DNA of 64,000 bases from NCBI GenBank assembly GCA_048885925.1, contig JBHLLG010000001.1, positions 323,998 to 387,997 of the forward strand, read 5' to 3'. Positions 59,189 to 64,000 of the stretch are shown in pieces (the first letter of the stretch is position 1; the number at the start of each line of letters is the position of its first letter). The position numbers and the translations under genes were made by a program. Under the pieces are notes generated by a model. It was given only the letters and a program-made list of their open reading frames with translations. It was not told the origin of the DNA and ran no database searches. The stretch is from Candidatus Hermodarchaeota archaeon (GTDB lineage: Archaea; Asgardarchaeota; Lokiarchaeia; Sigyniarchaeales; SOKP01).

Positions 59189-60307
59189 ATGAAAGAACTA
59201 AGCTACAATGAATATTATAATAAGGTTTTAGGATCATGGATTGGGCGTATTGCAGGAGATTTTATAGGGGCCCCTGTAGAATTAAAAAGTCAAAAATATA
59301 TTAAAAGTAAATATGGAAAAATTAATTATTACATTGAGCCCGTTGATTTAAAATATGTTAATGATGATGAAATGTATGAAATTGTAGCACTTATTGCTTT
59401 AGAAAAGTACGGGATTGATCTTACAGCTAAGAATATTGCTCAGGAATGGATTAACCTTCTGAAAAATGAAAGTTTTATATTTACTGCTGAAAAAATAGCT
59501 TTTAATAACCTTAAGTCAAATATCTGGCCACCTAAATCAGGAATATTAAATAATTTTTATTATGATTTCATTGGTGCCCAGATGCGAGCAGATATTTGGG
59601 GTCAAATCACACCAGGTTGTCCTGAAATTGCTAAATGTTACGCAGAGATGGATGGATCAATATCTCACTATAGTATTGGGGTAGAAGGTGAAGTTTTTAT
59701 TGCAAGTTTAATCTCGCAAGCTTTTTTCGAGACTAATATTAACCAGAATATTCTTAAAGCTATCAATTTGATATATCCTGATGAAGAAAGCTTATATCTT
59801 CAAATGATTAAAAAATCAATAAAATTATATGAACAATATCCTAAAAATTATAAAAAAGCTAGAAACATTTTAATTAGATCTTATTGGAAAAAAGAAATAA
59901 TTAAACAATTGATTGACTCAAATACAGACTTTCCTATAGAAAGAAATATAATATTAAATTCTACAGTTGGAGGTGTCCATGTATTACCTAACATTGGAAT
60001 AATAATATTATCTCTTTTATATGGAATGAACAATAAAGAAGATCCATTAGGTCGATCTATCTGTATTGCTGCTATGATGGGACTTGATACTGATTGTAAT
60101 TGTGGTAATATTGGAGCTATTATAGGAGCTCAACTTGGTGCCAAAAAAATTCCTCCAAAATGGAAGGAACCACTACAAAACACATTTTCTACCTATGTAA
60201 AAGGATATGAGAAATGGAAAATATCAGATTTAGCACAAAGAATTACTAAAATTGGAGAAATCGTTGTAAAGCAGAAAGCTCATAACATTGTGATAAAAAG
60301 AGAATAA
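59189..60307 (+). CDS. ADP-ribosylglycohydrolase family protein
   Basis: GDFIGAPVE, NDD, GAQMR, GLDTDCNCGNIGAIIGA. Confidence 0.88.
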   Translation: MKELSYNEYYNKVLGSWIGRIAGDFIGAPVELKSQKYIKSKYGKINYYIEPVDLKYVNDDEMYEIVALIALEKYGIDLTAKNIAQEWINLLKNESFIFTAEKIAFNNLKSNIWPPKSGILNNFYYDFIGAQMRADIWGQITPGCPEIAKCYAEMDGSISHYSIGVEGEVFIASLISQAFFETNINQNILKAINLIYPDEESLYLQMIKKSIKLYEQYPKNYKKARNILIRSYWKKEIIKQLIDSNTDFPIERNIILNSTVGGVHVLPNIGIIILSLLYGMNNKEDPLGRSICIAAMMGLDTDCNCGNIGAIIGAQLGAKKIPPKWKEPLQNTFSTYVKGYEKWKISDLAQRITKIGEIVVKQKAHNIVIKRE

Positions 60308-60595
60308 AATTAACATTTACATAGCAACTAATACAATGGTTTTGAAAATTATTTCCAATTTTAATATAATCTGAGTATTTTAAAAAAAGTATTTTCGTAT
60401 CTTACATACTTATTTCGGTTTTAATTGTATTATCCCATAAAATCTTTAGAAAAATAAAAATCAAAATTATATAAAATATAGAATTATTGAAAATTATTAA
60501 TTAAAATAATTCAATAATTCTTGTATTAAAATTATATTTAAGGAATTCTAATAAAATAATTAAATCAAAAAAAAAATATAAAAAGTTGATGACAA

Positions 60596-62149
60596 ATGGT
60601 TAGAACAAAAGAACAATATATGAAAGATTTGGGTAGAATGAAGCCAAATCTATATTACGATGGAAAAGAAATTGATAGGTTAGACCCACTTCAGATGGAT
60701 TGCTTAAATACGATTGGAACAACCTTTGAGGCTTTTGATGATCCAGAATACAAAGACTTAGTACAAGTAAAATCTCATCTTACTGGTGAAATTATTAATA
60801 GATTTACACATATTCATCATAATACTGATGACCTTCATAAAAAACAAGATATGACGCGTAAATTATGCCAAAAAGTTGGTGGATGCATTCAGCGATGCAT
60901 GGGTTGCGATGCAGCGAATGCAATATATAACGTTTCGTATGAAGCAGATAAAGTTAATAATGGAGAATCTCATTATCATGAAAATTTCAAGAAATGGCTG
61001 CTTAAATTTCAACAGAAAGATTTAGTGGCAGCTGGTGCTCAAACTGATGTAAAAGGTGATCGAATTAAACGTCCTGCTGATCAAGCAGATCCTGATATGT
61101 ATGTCCATGTTGTGGAAAAAAGGAAAGATGGTATTATAGTTCGTGGATGTAAATTGCATATCTCAGAAGCCTCAGTTTCTGACGAACTATTAGTTATTCC
61201 AACAAGGGCATTAAGAAAAGAAGATAAAGATTATGCGGTTGCATTTGCTGTACCTGGAGATTATGAGGGTGTTACACAAGTAGTTACCATTCATAATTAT
61301 CGTACTAGGGAACATTTTCCACGTGGTTTCCAACCAGGAGCTACTGATTCGTACATAATTTTTGATGATGTATTCGTTCCCTGGGAAAGAGTATTTTTAT
61401 GCGGTGAGTATCAGCATGGAGGTGCACTTGCTTTATTGTTTGGTCTCTTTCATAGACACAGCTACTCAGGATGCAAACCTGCAATTGGTGATATAATAAC
61501 TGGTACAGCAGCATTAGCTGCGGAGTATAATAATATAGCTAATGCATCACATGTTAGACATAAGTTAGCAGAATTAATTTTGGTCACAGAACTTGGTTAT
61601 GCTGCTGGTTATACCGCTTCTGATTTGGGGAAATCAGAAGTATATATGCCTGGAATTGGTCTTATCCCTTATGGACCAGGAAGTTATATTCCAAACTCAA
61701 TTTATTGTAATGCTGGAAGGTGTTTAAGTGGAGAAAATGTATTTCGCGAAGCTGAGATTATAACTGATATTTGTGGGGGCATTCCAGCAACCTTTCCACA
61801 TGAAAAAGACTTTATTAACCCTAAATTGAAGAACAAACTCTATAAATATATTACTAGAAATCCAAAAATATCACCTCAAAATGCAGCACAATTATGGCGA
61901 TATATTGGTGATATGATTTGTTCTGCAACTGGAGGAATCCATCTTTTTGGAAGCTACCATGGAGGAGGAAGTCCAGTTATGGAGGAAATAGCGATTACGA
62001 CTCAATATGATATTGAAGCTCGAAAAACGATGGTTAAAAAAATAGCAGGGATTGATGATAAGTTAAATAAGAGCAGAATGAAATTCAATGAGAAAAACTC
62101 CACAAAATTAATCGCACATGAGTTAGATAAAACAACTTCCGAAAGGTAA
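60596..62149 (+). CDS. 4-hydroxybutyryl-CoA dehydratase-like (AbfD/HpaB family)
   Basis: CIQRC, QTDVKGDR, HRHSYSGC (Fe-S ligands of AbfD), HGGGSP. Confidence 0.85.
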   Translation: MVRTKEQYMKDLGRMKPNLYYDGKEIDRLDPLQMDCLNTIGTTFEAFDDPEYKDLVQVKSHLTGEIINRFTHIHHNTDDLHKKQDMTRKLCQKVGGCIQRCMGCDAANAIYNVSYEADKVNNGESHYHENFKKWLLKFQQKDLVAAGAQTDVKGDRIKRPADQADPDMYVHVVEKRKDGIIVRGCKLHISEASVSDELLVIPTRALRKEDKDYAVAFAVPGDYEGVTQVVTIHNYRTREHFPRGFQPGATDSYIIFDDVFVPWERVFLCGEYQHGGALALLFGLFHRHSYSGCKPAIGDIITGTAALAAEYNNIANASHVRHKLAELILVTELGYAAGYTASDLGKSEVYMPGIGLIPYGPGSYIPNSIYCNAGRCLSGENVFREAEIITDICGGIPATFPHEKDFINPKLKNKLYKYITRNPKISPQNAAQLWRYIGDMICSATGGIHLFGSYHGGGSPVMEEIAITTQYDIEARKTMVKKIAGIDDKLNKSRMKFNEKNSTKLIAHELDKTTSER

Positions 62150-62205
62150 TAAATAATTAATAGAAATTTACTTATATTTTTTTTTATAATTTTTTAAATA
62201 AAATT

Positions 62206-62763
62206 CTATTTGTTTTTTGGTTTAAAAATAATAGCGGGCTTAGTTCTTTGAGAATAAGTGAAGTTATCAGCAGTTTTAATATTTCCATATTTTAAAACTA
62301 AGTCATCTAATAGACCTGCATCTAAAGCTCTTGTACGGCAAGTTTCGATACATGCAGGTAACTTGCCTTCTAAATGTCTATCTAAACAATAATTACATTT
62401 TCGCATTTTTGCTCCTTTTTCAGGTCCAAATTGAGGGGCATCATAAGGACATGCTTTAAAACACTTTGAATCACATTCTTCATTACCTAGGCATTTATCA
62501 CTATCAACAGTAACAATTCCATCTTCTCCTCGTTTAGTGATTGCACTAACAGGACAAACTGGAATACAGACGGGATCTTCACAATGAAAACATGGATTAA
62601 TAAGATAACTTACAAATACATTAGGAAATTTTCCTTTTTCGTTATACTTGACTCTCATCCATTTTTCTGGACCAGCAGAAATATCATTCCAGTCTTTACA
62701 AGCGACAACGCACGCATAGCATCCAATACATCGAGTTTGATCGAAATAAAAACCAACATGCAT
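62206..62763 (-). CDS. DMSO reductase-type iron-sulfur subunit (DmsB-like)
   Basis: GFYFDQTRCIGCYACVVACKDWN, CFHCEDPVC..VCP, ACPY.AP, KCNYC. Confidence 0.9.
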   Translation of the reverse strand: MHVGFYFDQTRCIGCYACVVACKDWNDISAGPEKWMRVKYNEKGKFPNVFVSYLINPCFHCEDPVCIPVCPVSAITKRGEDGIVTVDSDKCLGNEECDSKCFKACPYDAPQFGPEKGAKMRKCNYCLDRHLEGKLPACIETCRTRALDAGLLDDLVLKYGNIKTADNFTYSQRTKPAIIFKPKNK

Positions 62764-62764
62764 A

Positions 62765-64000
62765 CTAGGTCCCTCCTTTAAATTTTTTAAATTCGACCAG
62801 ACATGAGTTTAAAGCAGACGCACCACCGGGAGAGTATGCATCTTTTGTTAAAGTATTAACACATCCACCTCGATCAATACCATTTTTGTCGGGATCGTAC
62901 CAAGCTCCTTCATAAATACTAATTACTCCAGGAATTATTCTTTCTGTTAACCATGCTTTAATTGTGAGTTTTCCTCTATCATTGAATACTAGAATCTCAT
63001 CTCCATCTTTTATTCCTCTAGGTTCTGCATCTAATGGATTAATCCATGCTACATGAGGTTCTACTTCTTTGAGCCAATCAACTAAGTATAATTCTGAATG
63101 AACCCTATTTTTAGGATGTGGTGATATTAATTGTATTGGATACTTTTGATTTAAAGGATCAAATCGACCTTCCCATCTTTCCATGTACTTAGGAATTGGA
63201 GGATTTTCTGGATCATTCAAATCTGCAATTCTTTGAGAAAAGATTTCAATCTTACCAGAAGGAGTATTAAATGGTTTGTTTTCAATATCGTTAATCTGTT
63301 CTTTAAATGCAACATAAGGTTCTTCGAGTTTAAGACGGTGTATTCCATCCTGTCTGAACTTTTCTATATTTCTTACATTTTTTCTTGTATCTTCTCGTAA
63401 TTTTATTAAAAATCTTAAAGCTTTTTTCTCATCGGGGTATTTTTCAAATTCCTCTAATCCAAGCTTATCTGCTAATTCCTCAGCAATCCGTAAATCAGAT
63501 TTGCACTCTCCAATAGGCTCAATGGCTTGGTTTGCACATAAAAAATAAGGTCCAGAAGGCCAAGGTCTAATTAAATCACTTTTTTCAGCTATACTAGTCA
63601 CAGGAAGAATAATATCAGCATACCTAGCTGTTGGAGTTAGCCATAAATCAGCTATAACCATATAATCGAGCTTTTTTAAGGCTTCTGCTGATTTATTAGT
63701 ATTTCCTAATTGGTTTAAAAAGTTATTATTCACAAACCATGCAAATCTAACGTTAAAAGGATATCCTCCCTCTTTACCTTTTAATATAGCATCAAATATT
63801 TTATTTATATGGCATCTCGCTTGAAATCTAAGTTGTAAATCTAAAGAACCTCTAACTGACTTCAATCCTGTTTCAACTGGATTTCTATAAGGAGGAGGTA
63901 TCCTAGAAGCAAAAAACATATGGCCATAAGGAATTCCCATTAATCCTCCAGCAGCACTTCCACCATGTTTACCTACATTTCCGGTCATAGCAGTTAGAGT
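62765..64000 (-). CDS. Molybdopterin oxidoreductase catalytic subunit (DmsA-like), C-terminal part; runs off window end
   Basis: TGNVGKHGG, TARYADIILP, TPSGKIEIFS, INPLDA..RGI..GD, GAWYDP. Confidence 0.9.
   Translation of the reverse strand, partial: TLTAMTGNVGKHGGSAAGGLMGIPYGHMFFASRIPPPYRNPVETGLKSVRGSLDLQLRFQARCHINKIFDAILKGKEGGYPFNVRFAWFVNNNFLNQLGNTNKSAEALKKLDYMVIADLWLTPTARYADIILPVTSIAEKSDLIRPWPSGPYFLCANQAIEPIGECKSDLRIAEELADKLGLEEFEKYPDEKKALRFLIKLREDTRKNVRNIEKFRQDGIHRLKLEEPYVAFKEQINDIENKPFNTPSGKIEIFSQRIADLNDPENPPIPKYMERWEGRFDPLNQKYPIQLISPHPKNRVHSELYLVDWLKEVEPHVAWINPLDAEPRGIKDGDEILVFNDRGKLTIKAWLTERIIPGVISIYEGAWYDPDKNGIDRGGCVNTLTKDAYSPGGASALNSCLVEFKKFKGGT

Noticed and set aside
1-64000. CRISPR arrays, tRNA/rRNA genes, transposases or integrases; the other short antisense or nested ORFs in the track
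   Set aside because: No regularly spaced repeats, cloverleafs, GC-rich rRNA stretches or recombinase motifs seen by eye; the nested ORFs are shadows of well-supported genes

Overview
AT-rich archaeal chromosomal window, most likely from an Asgard (Lokiarchaeia-like) genome. This is inferred from an archaeal-type rpS10, GGTGA Shine-Dalgarno sites, TPR and NosD-type families, a longin-like protein, a C4C4 RING protein and a Bud23-like methyltransferase. Housekeeping content centres on nitrogen and redox metabolism (gdhA, NfnA plus an FrhB-NfnB fusion, FMN glutamate-synthase subunit, glnA, carAB, guaA). Main signals not shown by the ORF track: (1) two tandem minus-strand mini-genes at 21.6-22.1 kb, each with an in-frame TGA at codon 21 just after a Cys and each followed by the same covarying three-way-junction RNA, a candidate new selenoprotein family with a non-canonical SECIS-like element; (2) three separate cases where accessory genes sit between an intact gene and a diverged copy of that gene's 3' end; (3) a duplicated TPR + HTH + operator + swappable cargo + conserved 3' hairpin module; (4) a box C/D sRNA with AU-rich guides; (5) several genes that appear to start at ATA/ATC/ATT.
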